A stretch of 64,000 nucleotides of DNA, from the NCBI GenBank assembly GCA_023247035.1, contig JAHFHG010000006.1:298-64297 (forward strand). The letters run 5' to 3'. Source of the DNA: Candidatus Omnitrophota bacterium (GTDB lineage Bacteria; Omnitrophota; Omnitrophia; Omnitrophales; Aquincolibacteriaceae). Positions 1 through 8,276 of this stretch are shown here, one piece after another (position 1 is the first letter of the stretch; every line of letters starts with the position of its first letter). A program made the position numbers and the translations under genes. The notes beneath the pieces are model-generated. The model saw only the letters and a program-made list of their open reading frames with translations, did no database searches and was not told the DNA's origin.

Positions 1-24
1 ACGCTTCAACTGGCGCTGCAATTT

Positions 25-3000
25 TTGTTGAAGTTAGAATTGGAAGAACCCGTCCCGCCGCGGCCGGTCAAAGGGCTTAAGGCCCTTAAACGAGCCAACC
101 GGATTTTGGAAAAAAGAAAGGCCGTCGGCATTGTCATTGGCAGCGTAGCGGGTTCTTTGTGGAACCGGCAGACGACCCAAGAACGTCTTGCGGGACACCG
201 GGATTTGGACGTGGCCGTACTCAACCAGGACTTCAAGCTCGCGGAAAAGTTTGAAGGAGGAATTGATTGGTGGCTGCCTCAGAAACAGACATTGAAGGTA
301 TTTTTCCCGGGTACCGCCGTAGCGTCCGAAATTCCTACGGAATTTTGGGTCAACGGCAGCGGCGTATTTATGAGAGCGGGCATTGACTACGACGTTAAAA
401 ATCTTGAACCCGGCCTTTACCTGCCTTCAAGAGAGTTCCTGAAGGAACTTTCAAAAGCTTCCGTTCTGAATCATTTTGATCCGGAAATCGTCAAAATCGG
501 TGAAGAAGTATTGGACCGGTTGGAGAAAAGGCTTGATCGGGACTTACCGAAAGGATTATCGCCTCTCTGGAAGAAGCATTTTGACGGTACGGCGAGGATT
601 TTGAACGAAGAAATCGCTGTTTCCCGGGGATTCGATTTTTACATTGCCGTGGGTGTGGGGCGGTATTTTTTAAACCTGCCAGGAAGACAGTACGAATCTT
701 TTTTGGCAGATTTGGCAACATCCTCTTGGCTGAAGAAGAGATTCGATACGGAAAAGGACCCTCAAGAGCTAAGGTCTTTAGTGGGGGCAGTCAGTAAGAA
801 TGGAAATCTCCAGGGGCTGAAGCGTTTGATCGAGATTGTAAAGGGTGCGCCTTGGACTGAGATTGAGAGAAAAATGGAGTGGTCTATCTTTCATTACGCT
901 CACCAGGTTCTCTCGGGAGTCAAACAGTTAGGCGGGGGAGCCATAGAAAAAGGATTCCAAGCCTTGGGCGCGGAGTCTTCTCTTGATTTCTTCCGCTATC
1001 TTCTTCCTCACATCAATCAGGAGGTTGTGGCGTCGGGCCAACAGCCGTATTTTGAAGCGATTGAAGCTCTCGCGAAGGCCGGATTCATTAATGCCGAACA
1101 GAAATCAGCAGCCGAGAAAAAATTTGATTGGGCCGACGTGCTCGCCTCGCTTGAACAGCTTAAAAACAGAGCCCGCGAACTCCCCGAAAGCGAATCCTGG
1201 GCCAGCCAAGCCGGGGATTTGATCCGCCGGATTTCTTCAGATCCCGGTCCGGATTTGTATGATCACGCTCGTGCTTTGATGAGCGATTTCGTCGGCAGTT
1301 TAAAATTCCGCTCGGAAGTCCGTTCGACACAAGAAGCTCAGCGCTTCGACTCCGCTCGTTCCGAAGTACGAAACGAGGAACAGGCGGAGAATGTCGTGAA
1401 ATTTTCCGCTCTTGTGACGTTGCCTTCGCCCTCCAAAGGCGGGCCGGCCCTGCTGCAATACCTCGAAGAAATTTTAGTCCCCGTGGATCCTTTAGCACCC
1501 TTTGATCCTGCCGCATTTAAGCCGGAATCAACGATTTCGGTCCACAGCCCGATGCGGCTGCTGCAAGATGATCTTAAGAGGCAAGTTTATGCCGGGACAT
1601 ACACCTTAAAATATGATCAGGCCGTCCTGGGACCCGAGACAGACCGCCAGACTTACTATCATCTCAGGATTGCGGAAAGAATGCTCACGAAGGAAAATAA
1701 AACGGGCTATGAAAACGTTCTTGGATTGATCCAAAAAGCGCTTGCAGAAGTTTCGCGGGAAGAATTTGACGCGGCCGTAACGACGATCGGCGGCGCGGTC
1801 AAGCTGCTCAATCCGGAACAGGATGCCGGGCTTCTTGAGGAACTGATCCGGGCCGCTTATCCCGCAATCCAAAAATTGGATGAATTTTTAAGAAAAAATT
1901 TCACTCCCCTAGAATTGGGACGGCACGCTCCCGATCTGCTTTCTTTAATCCGGCAAGACCGGCTTCTTGTGAGGATTTATATTCAGAAGACTGCTGAGGG
2001 GAAAGACGCTTACCAAATAGGATTTGTCCCTTTTAATTCATCGGCGGCCAATGAAAAACTCACGGAAGTTTTTACGGATGAAAGTAATCCGCCGTTTTTT
2101 CGGTTGATCCTCCCCATTTTAAGAGCCGCTAAAGACAGACTTCGAGGCAGCGGCGGCGGAATTTCTCCGGAAAAATTGAAGGAGGTCAACGCCGATTCCG
2201 GATTTGGATATGCGCTTCGAAAAGTGACGGGCGCCGGCCGGTCGGAATTGAGAAGGGGATTGATCGGGGAGGATCGTGATCAAAGAGCTCAAGAAGCGGG
2301 CCGCAGTTACGGCAATAGGAGAGGAACCGTTCCTTCGGAAGTTTTGCTGCGCCGCTCCTACGGCGCGCTTGCGGGATTTTTAGGCCCGGGCCGGCCGTAT
2401 CTTTATGCGCGCTGGGTGGCCATACAAGCGGCGGAGGGCTTTTTCGTCCCGATTCCCGCGGAACTTTTGCCTTTAGCGCTTCCCTTTCTGAATGCAGATT
2501 TGCCGTATCTGTTGGGACGTTTTACTCGCGCTTCGAGTGTCATCCCCGCTCGCTTTAAGCGGGAATCCGGAGTTTTGGATAAAACCGCCGCACTCGATAT
2601 TACGGTTTCTGAAAAACTTCACGGTGAAGACGATCTCATTTATCCCGGGATTGCGAATGTTCTGCGCGATGAACCGAGCCGGTTCATCCGTCTTGCCGCG
2701 TTGGCGGCGGCGAGGGAAGAGGCGGATCAAATGAATCAGGCGTTTGCCAGGCAGTATCCCGGCTTTGGCGGACGTTTCAGAATTTATGGCTTGAAAGGCC
2801 GCCGCGATTTTCAAAATGTGCTTCAACGGATCATCGGCGAGGCTCATAGAGCCGCCCAGATCGAGTTGGGCAGCGCCGTTGTCGGATCTCTTAGAGAATT
2901 CTACAATTCCACAAGTCTTTCCAGCCCAAACCTCAAACTCCTCACCGGAGTTCTTCCGCTCATTCGCCGGCTGATTTTGAATGATGTGCCAAATTCTCCG

Positions 3001-3207
3001 GGGATCCAGAGCCGCAGGATCGAAACGGCCTTGAAGCTCAACCAGGGACTTCTCCCGGGCGCAAGGATTCGTGAACTTGAGCGCATTCTCCAGATCCAGC
3101 GAATCGTTCAAGCCAAAGCCCTTCTTGCCGGTGAGGATCTTGCCTTGATTGAAAAGGCCTTCCAGGAGACGATTGCCGCGGTGCGCGCCTTTTACCGTTC
3201 GGCATAA
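25..3207 (+). CDS. Large nucleotidyltransferase-fold protein with an uncharacterized ~900-aa helical C-terminal region. It is probably 5'-partial.
   Basis: The frame is open from position 1, with no in-frame stop upstream of the TTG at 25. The N-terminal 'GIVIGSVAGSLWNRQTTQERLAGHRDLDVAVL' fits the hG[GS]-x(n)-DhDh minimal NTase signature, closest in style to GlnD/GlnE-class NTases. I see no HD, ACT or other recognisable motif downstream. Confidence 0.55.
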   Translation: MLKLELEEPVPPRPVKGLKALKRANRILEKRKAVGIVIGSVAGSLWNRQTTQERLAGHRDLDVAVLNQDFKLAEKFEGGIDWWLPQKQTLKVFFPGTAVASEIPTEFWVNGSGVFMRAGIDYDVKNLEPGLYLPSREFLKELSKASVLNHFDPEIVKIGEEVLDRLEKRLDRDLPKGLSPLWKKHFDGTARILNEEIAVSRGFDFYIAVGVGRYFLNLPGRQYESFLADLATSSWLKKRFDTEKDPQELRSLVGAVSKNGNLQGLKRLIEIVKGAPWTEIERKMEWSIFHYAHQVLSGVKQLGGGAIEKGFQALGAESSLDFFRYLLPHINQEVVASGQQPYFEAIEALAKAGFINAEQKSAAEKKFDWADVLASLEQLKNRARELPESESWASQAGDLIRRISSDPGPDLYDHARALMSDFVGSLKFRSEVRSTQEAQRFDSARSEVRNEEQAENVVKFSALVTLPSPSKGGPALLQYLEEILVPVDPLAPFDPAAFKPESTISVHSPMRLLQDDLKRQVYAGTYTLKYDQAVLGPETDRQTYYHLRIAERMLTKENKTGYENVLGLIQKALAEVSREEFDAAVTTIGGAVKLLNPEQDAGLLEELIRAAYPAIQKLDEFLRKNFTPLELGRHAPDLLSLIRQDRLLVRIYIQKTAEGKDAYQIGFVPFNSSAANEKLTEVFTDESNPPFFRLILPILRAAKDRLRGSGGGISPEKLKEVNADSGFGYALRKVTGAGRSELRRGLIGEDRDQRAQEAGRSYGNRRGTVPSEVLLRRSYGALAGFLGPGRPYLYARWVAIQAAEGFFVPIPAELLPLALPFLNADLPYLLGRFTRASSVIPARFKRESGVLDKTAALDITVSEKLHGEDDLIYPGIANVLRDEPSRFIRLAALAAAREEADQMNQAFARQYPGFGGRFRIYGLKGRRDFQNVLQRIIGEAHRAAQIELGSAVVGSLREFYNSTSLSSPNLKLLTGVLPLIRRLILNDVPNSPGIQSRRIETALKLNQGLLPGARIRELERILQIQRIVQAKALLAGEDLALIEKAFQETIAAVRAFYRSA

Positions 3208-3210
3208 GTT

Positions 3211-3316
3211 AAAGTCGAAACGAAAAAGTCAAAATAGAACCAAAATCAAAAGGGGCATTAAACTTTTGAATTTTGACTTGTGGTTTTTCCTTTTTCGTTT
3301 TGGCTTTTTATGCTAA
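3211..3316. repeat. Intergenic structured element, copy A. It has an AAAAAGTCAAAAT / ATTTTGACTTGT inverted repeat with a nested hairpin, then TTTTTCCTTTTTCGTTTTGGCTTTTTATGC.
   Basis: The second copy at 19267-19366 shares the core TTTTGACTTGTnnTTTTTnCCTTTTTCGTTTT...TTTTATGC. Both copies sit immediately upstream of a regulator gene. Confidence 0.6.
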
Positions 3317-3327
3317 GGTGAAGCGCC

Positions 3328-4059
3328 GTGAACAAAAAAATATTAGTTCTCGACAAAGAAGACAGCCCGTGGATTCCTTTGTTCGAGGAATTTTTTGCGG
3401 ACACCTCTTCAACGCTCCATTTTTTTCACGATTCCCGCCCGGCCGGCGCCTTCCTCCAAAAAGAAACTCCGAACGTTGTCTTTGCGCGGCCTGAACGGCT
3501 TTCGCTCGCGCTATCTCAAAAACTTAAGGTCCTGCGCCAGAACATGCCGGAACTCCGTTTTTTTCAATTGGGAAACGCCGGGGGAAATTCACCGCTTCCG
3601 TTCGACGCTTTCTTTAGTGAACCGTCCATGTTAAACCCATTTCAACGCCGGCTCGTGCAGCACCTCGTTTATCCGGAGGTGATCCATGTCCTTGTCGTGG
3701 ACGATGAAGCGGAAATCGGGGTGATGATCCGCGATTTTTTGGAGAATCGCGTTTTTCCGGCCTTTGAAGTCGAGTGGACCGAAGACGGAAAAAAAGGGCT
3801 CGAGTTGATCGAAAAAGGGAAACACGATATCGTCGTTTTAGACGTCAAAATGCCCATCCTGGACGGCCGCGACGTTTACCGCGAGATCGTCAATCGAAAA
3901 TATAAAATCCCCGTGATTATTTTCTTTGACGCGATTTCAGGCGATGAGGTTATCCAGATCCATCAGATCGGAAGGCCCGTGATTGTCGAAAAGGGTTTCC
4001 TGCACAGTTCGATGCCCGACATGATGGCGCTGATCAAAAAGAAGGTTTTTTTCGGGTAG
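3328..4059 (+). CDS. Tandem receiver protein with an N-terminal degenerate (pseudo) receiver, a C-terminal canonical REC and no output domain.
   Basis: GTG start. The C-terminal half 'VLVVDDEAEIG...DIVVLDVKMPILDG...IPVIIF' is a CheY-like receiver with the acidic pocket and phospho-Asp. The N-terminal half has the receiver layout 'KKILVLDKED' but an Ala/Arg at the phospho-Asp position. Confidence 0.7.
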   Translation: MNKKILVLDKEDSPWIPLFEEFFADTSSTLHFFHDSRPAGAFLQKETPNVVFARPERLSLALSQKLKVLRQNMPELRFFQLGNAGGNSPLPFDAFFSEPSMLNPFQRRLVQHLVYPEVIHVLVVDDEAEIGVMIRDFLENRVFPAFEVEWTEDGKKGLELIEKGKHDIVVLDVKMPILDGRDVYREIVNRKYKIPVIIFFDAISGDEVIQIHQIGRPVIVEKGFLHSSMPDMMALIKKKVFFG

Positions 4060-4184
4060 TTGGGTTAAGCCGTAACCGTTTCTCGCTCTTCTTGTTTTGC
4101 CTTTGCGCATAATCGAAAAACCGCCCCCGCGATTTTCTCTCCTTTTCGCCGCTTTTTTAGGGTAATCTTTCTTCAAGGGCGCTT

Positions 4185-5264
4185 ATGGGGAAAAATTCTT
4201 TTCGGATTTTTTTGTTTCCTCTCTTGGCCGGTTTGTTCTGCAGCCCATTTTCCGGCTGCACGATCTGGCGGCCTTTCAGTTCTAAAGAAACCGCGCGCGA
4301 GCTTCCTGAATTCTATAAAAATTATTACGAATACCCGCGGGAAGTGAATCAGGCTGCGCGAATCTTAGGAGAAGAAAAAACAGAAAGCTGCCGGCTTAAA
4401 AAGGTAGAAGTCCCGCTCAACCTGCCTTCGGAGCTGGCGCTTAAAGATCTCGAACAATTTCGAAAAGACGTCGACGAGCTTGCGAAGACCGATCAAAAAA
4501 CGGCGAACGACCGAAGGCTGCAATACACGAACCGGATTGATCTTTACCTTCCCCTTCGCTTAAAGCCCGGAGAAAAACGGCCCGTGATCCTGATCTCTCC
4601 CATTCTCGGCGGCAATATGGTGGTGGATCATTTTGCGCGTTATTACGCCGGGCGGGGATATATTGCGGCGCTCGTCTACAGAAAGCGCACCTTTTGGAAT
4701 GACGAACGGAAAGATATTCAGCAAATTGAAGATTACCTGCGCATTTCCGTGATCCGCCTGAGGCAGGCGCTCGACTGGATCTTGGCGCAGCCCGAAGTCG
4801 ATCCGAATCGGGTCGGAAGCTTTGGCATTAGTTACGGCGCCGTTCTCCATTCCGTGCTTGCGGCTGTGGACGATCGAGTTAAATACCACATTCTTGCAAT
4901 GCCTGCGGCGCCTCTTAGCGATGTGATTATTCATTGTCCGGATAAAGCGATTACAAAATTAGTTCGCAAGGTTCACGAAAATTACGGCTGGCCGCGGGAA
5001 GAAATTTTGAATCAGCTTAAGAAAACAATCCGCACGGACCCGATTTATCTGGCGTCTTGCGTTCCCAAGGATCGCGTTCAGATTTACATTGCGCTTTTTG
5101 ACCGGGTCGTCGGAGCGGGGAGATCGTTCCGTTTGTGGAGGGCGTTAGGGAAGCCGGCATTGAAAGCGCTTCCTTTCGGACATTACGGCGGGATCCTCGT
5201 GTTTCCCTATCTTCAAACTCAGTCCTATCTCGCCTTCAAGCGGCATTTGAGGAATTCAAAATAA
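4185..5264 (+). CDS. Lipoprotein alpha/beta-fold hydrolase (esterase/lipase-like).
   Basis: Signal peptide with a lipobox-like 'FSGC'. It has a GxSxG nucleophile elbow 'GISYG' and an alpha/beta hydrolase-like spacing. Confidence 0.6.
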   Translation: MGKNSFRIFLFPLLAGLFCSPFSGCTIWRPFSSKETARELPEFYKNYYEYPREVNQAARILGEEKTESCRLKKVEVPLNLPSELALKDLEQFRKDVDELAKTDQKTANDRRLQYTNRIDLYLPLRLKPGEKRPVILISPILGGNMVVDHFARYYAGRGYIAALVYRKRTFWNDERKDIQQIEDYLRISVIRLRQALDWILAQPEVDPNRVGSFGISYGAVLHSVLAAVDDRVKYHILAMPAAPLSDVIIHCPDKAITKLVRKVHENYGWPREEILNQLKKTIRTDPIYLASCVPKDRVQIYIALFDRVVGAGRSFRLWRALGKPALKALPFGHYGGILVFPYLQTQSYLAFKRHLRNSK

Positions 5265-5314
5265 CGGTTCAATCAGCTGGATAGGACAGGTCATTAAATC
5301 ATATCTCTTTTATT

Positions 5315-8092
5315 TCAAGACAGCTCGGCCAGATAGATATCGCCATTATTGGCGTTGACGCCATTCCGGTAATCCAGCCACACCACTCTATTTCCTGAAA
5401 CGTCCGGGCTCACTTGATAACTTTGTTCAGCCGTGATTTGTTGTTCGGTATCGGCGCGCAAATCGTAGCTGAAAATGTTAGGACAAGACACCGGGAGATA
5501 GAGGCAGTTCCGCGCGTCGCTCCATACGACGCGATTTCCGGAAATTCTCACATCCCTTTGCAGGCTCGGAGAGGCGCTGAGGCGCCGGCGGGTCATCGTA
5601 GTTAGATCGTAAAGATAAAGGCTGCTGCGAGGGCCCGCATTGCCTTTCGGCCTGTGAAGGGAATAGACAATTTTATCTTTATCGATATCCAGCCCAAGGA
5701 CCCTATTTGTTCCTGCGTCCATAATTTCCCGCTGCTTTCCGGTAGAAAGATCATAAAGGAAAATCACGTTTTGATTAAAATCAAGCGTCTTAATCCACAC
5801 GATTTTATTTCCAGAAATGCGCGGGAAGCTGTTGTACGACGGAGGAAGATCAACGGCAACGGCGGTTTCAGTATGGGTGGAAATATCGTAGAGCCGTATT
5901 TCGCTGGCGCTGTGATTGTAAACATACGCAATACGCGTTCCGTCAATGTCCGGGGATTCCATAAAAGCGGACGCGCTCACAAGATTTTTTTCTTGATGGG
6001 TTGCAAGATCAAAAAGGACAAGATGATACTGGTCGTCTCTTCTTAGATAAGTTATGCGGCTTCCGGAAATCGAAGGGTTCTGCTCAAAACTACTTGGAGT
6101 ATCGGTGATCCGCCGTTTTTTGCCTGTCGAAATATCGTAGAGATAAATATCCCTGTTGCCGCCGTCTTCCCAAACTATTTTGCCGCCGTCGATGGATGGA
6201 GGACGTTCAATTTGAGGCCCGAGGGATACAGGCAGGATCAAAGGTTCAAACAGGATCCGTGAAATTTTTTCAAACGCCCGGCCGGATCTCGAGGTGACGA
6301 CCAATTTCAGCAAATAAGCGCCGGCCGGCGGGCATTGGACGGCGGTCCCAAGGGTTCCATATTCCACAGGCTGTGACACGGGATCGCTCACCGGTATCCA
6401 GGGAGCGGCGACGCCTTGGGAACGGTAAAAAAGCTGGTAGCGGCTGAAGTCATTTCCTGCCGCAACACCGAGGATAGGGTAGCTGCAGGGGAGAGTCATT
6501 AAAGTATCAGACGGGGGATAATTAATTTCCGCCTGCAGGGAGGGGACAGATTCTATCGTCAATGCTCTCGCGGCGTTGATCCTGCCGGCGCCCATCGAGA
6601 ATTCGAATCCCGGAATGAGATCGGCGGAAAGTCTTAGAACGTGGCGTACCTCATCAGGAGTGAAAGAAGGGCGATGAGCTAGAATCAGCGCCGCAACGCC
6701 GCTCACATAAGCAGCGGACATCGAAGCGCCGGCTTGCCGCAGCAAACCTGGTTCTACCCGGAGCTGCAGGGGCGCAAAATCGGGATGAGCCGTATTGGAT
6801 CTTAAGGAAAGAATATTGTGCCGGCTTTCATAAGACCTTCCAGCTCCGGGAGCCGCGACATCGATGAGCTCACCGAAGTTGCTGAAAAAGGCTGGAGTGT
6901 CAACCTCAGTCGCCGCTGAAACGACAATGGGCTTCGGATAGGGATAACCCATATTTTGAGGGCTGTAAAACTTGACCGGCTCCGCGCTATCGCCTGCGGC
7001 AAAGACAACCACAGCGCCAAGGTATTGGGCGACATATACAGCCTCCTCAGCTATAGGATTGGAAGGGCACCGGCCAGTGCATCCCCAGCTGTTATTAATG
7101 ACACGCGCGCCCATGATTGTGGCGTATAAAATTCCGTTGGCAAGGTCGCGGATGGCTCCTGTCCCTTGATTGTTGAGGCCTTTGACCGGCATAATTTCCG
7201 CCTCGGGAGCTGCTCCAATCATGCCCAGATTATTATTCCCGCGCGCCGCAATGATCCCTGAAACGTGGGTCCCGTGGCCGTGATTGTCCATGGGGTCATT
7301 GTTTTTATCCACAAAACTCCAGCCGCGAACGTCATCAATATAACCATTTTCATCATCGTCAATCCCGTTGTCAGGAATTTCTTCAGGATTGCTCCAGACA
7401 TTGTCACGGATGTCCGGATGATTGTAATCCAGGCCCGTATCCACCACCGCGACAACGATTCCGTCTCCCCGCGTCACATCCCAGGCAGCTTCCATATTGA
7501 GCTTATTTCTTTTTAGAGCCCACAAATCGTCATAATCTTGTCCCCAGGTGCCTTGCGAAGAAAAATAAGGATCGTTGGGAATCCAGTAGCCTTTCACGTT
7601 GTAATTGGGCTGGCAGGCTTCCACTTCAGCAGATTTTTCGCGAAGATTCCCGCAGGCTTCTACAGGATCCGCATCGCCTGTATATTTGATGAGGCGCCAA
7701 TTTTTTAAGCTTTGAATTTTGGCATCTTGAGGAAGGGGCTTGCGCTCCGGAAATTTTTCTTTAAACTTTTTTATGTTTTCTTCGGAGATAAGCCCTTCGT
7801 TAAAGACGGGCTCGATTTGCTCAACTCCGATAGCTTCATTGATCTCGGCGATACCGGGAGAATGAACATCTTCAGAATTTTTGAACTTTACGAGGATTTC
7901 ATTCGGGGGATAGGAAGGCTTATTTTCTTTTCCCTTTTCCTGAACCGGTTGACCAGGTGAAAGCTGCGGATCTTGAGGAATCCGGCCGCTGTTTTCCTCG
8001 GCCGTTCCATTCAGGGGCAGGCTTAACGTCAAAACGAGAACGAGAATCCATTGATTCTTAACAAAGCCGGGGAATGAAAATTCTTCTTTCAT
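5315..8092 (-). CDS. Secreted subtilisin-like serine protease (S8) with an N-terminal I9-like propeptide and a C-terminal PD40/TolB-type beta-propeller.
   Basis: Catalytic triad motifs 'VVAVVDTGLDYNHPD', 'HGHGTHVSGIIAA' and 'GASMSAAYVSG'. The C-terminus carries five or more repeats of the form 'ISGnRIvw...diYLYDlsTg' typical of PD40 blades. The ORF track starts at a TTG at 8131. The ATG at 8092 (MKEEF...) has an upstream AAGGAG and is more likely the start. Confidence 0.85.
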   Translation of the reverse strand: MKEEFSFPGFVKNQWILVLVLTLSLPLNGTAEENSGRIPQDPQLSPGQPVQEKGKENKPSYPPNEILVKFKNSEDVHSPGIAEINEAIGVEQIEPVFNEGLISEENIKKFKEKFPERKPLPQDAKIQSLKNWRLIKYTGDADPVEACGNLREKSAEVEACQPNYNVKGYWIPNDPYFSSQGTWGQDYDDLWALKRNKLNMEAAWDVTRGDGIVVAVVDTGLDYNHPDIRDNVWSNPEEIPDNGIDDDENGYIDDVRGWSFVDKNNDPMDNHGHGTHVSGIIAARGNNNLGMIGAAPEAEIMPVKGLNNQGTGAIRDLANGILYATIMGARVINNSWGCTGRCPSNPIAEEAVYVAQYLGAVVVFAAGDSAEPVKFYSPQNMGYPYPKPIVVSAATEVDTPAFFSNFGELIDVAAPGAGRSYESRHNILSLRSNTAHPDFAPLQLRVEPGLLRQAGASMSAAYVSGVAALILAHRPSFTPDEVRHVLRLSADLIPGFEFSMGAGRINAARALTIESVPSLQAEINYPPSDTLMTLPCSYPILGVAAGNDFSRYQLFYRSQGVAAPWIPVSDPVSQPVEYGTLGTAVQCPPAGAYLLKLVVTSRSGRAFEKISRILFEPLILPVSLGPQIERPPSIDGGKIVWEDGGNRDIYLYDISTGKKRRITDTPSSFEQNPSISGSRITYLRRDDQYHLVLFDLATHQEKNLVSASAFMESPDIDGTRIAYVYNHSASEIRLYDISTHTETAVAVDLPPSYNSFPRISGNKIVWIKTLDFNQNVIFLYDLSTGKQREIMDAGTNRVLGLDIDKDKIVYSLHRPKGNAGPRSSLYLYDLTTMTRRRLSASPSLQRDVRISGNRVVWSDARNCLYLPVSCPNIFSYDLRADTEQQITAEQSYQVSPDVSGNRVVWLDYRNGVNANNGDIYLAELS

Positions 8093-8276
8093 ACGGAAAA
8101 GGAAAATCTCCTTTTTACAGAAAGTGTTCAAAATTTACATGGCCCAGCCCCCTTCGTCAAACCGTATGAGTCTTACAATAAGTTTTTGCATAGGGTTGAG
8201 CTATTTTGCTAGTCGGAATGAAGGCCCCGGTTCCCCAGATTCATCCCAGATTCAACAATGAATCGCGCGGCAAATT

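Noticed and set aside
25-3207. Second NTase domain or an HD domain in the giant protein (GlnE/GlnD-like architecture).
   Set aside because: No second G[GS]...DxD block and no H...HD...D motif could be found by eye. The GlnE/GlnD assignment is not supported beyond the N-terminal motif style.
3301-3314. Possible sigma-54 promoter TGGCTTTTTATGC in element A.
   Set aside because: The spacing between the GG and GC dinucleotides is 9 rather than the 11 required for a -24/-12 promoter. Copy B also lacks the TGGC.
4100-4150. Possible terminator CGCCGCTTTTTTAG after the tandem-receiver gene.
   Set aside because: I could not find a convincing complementary stem upstream of the T-run, so it is not reported as a feature.
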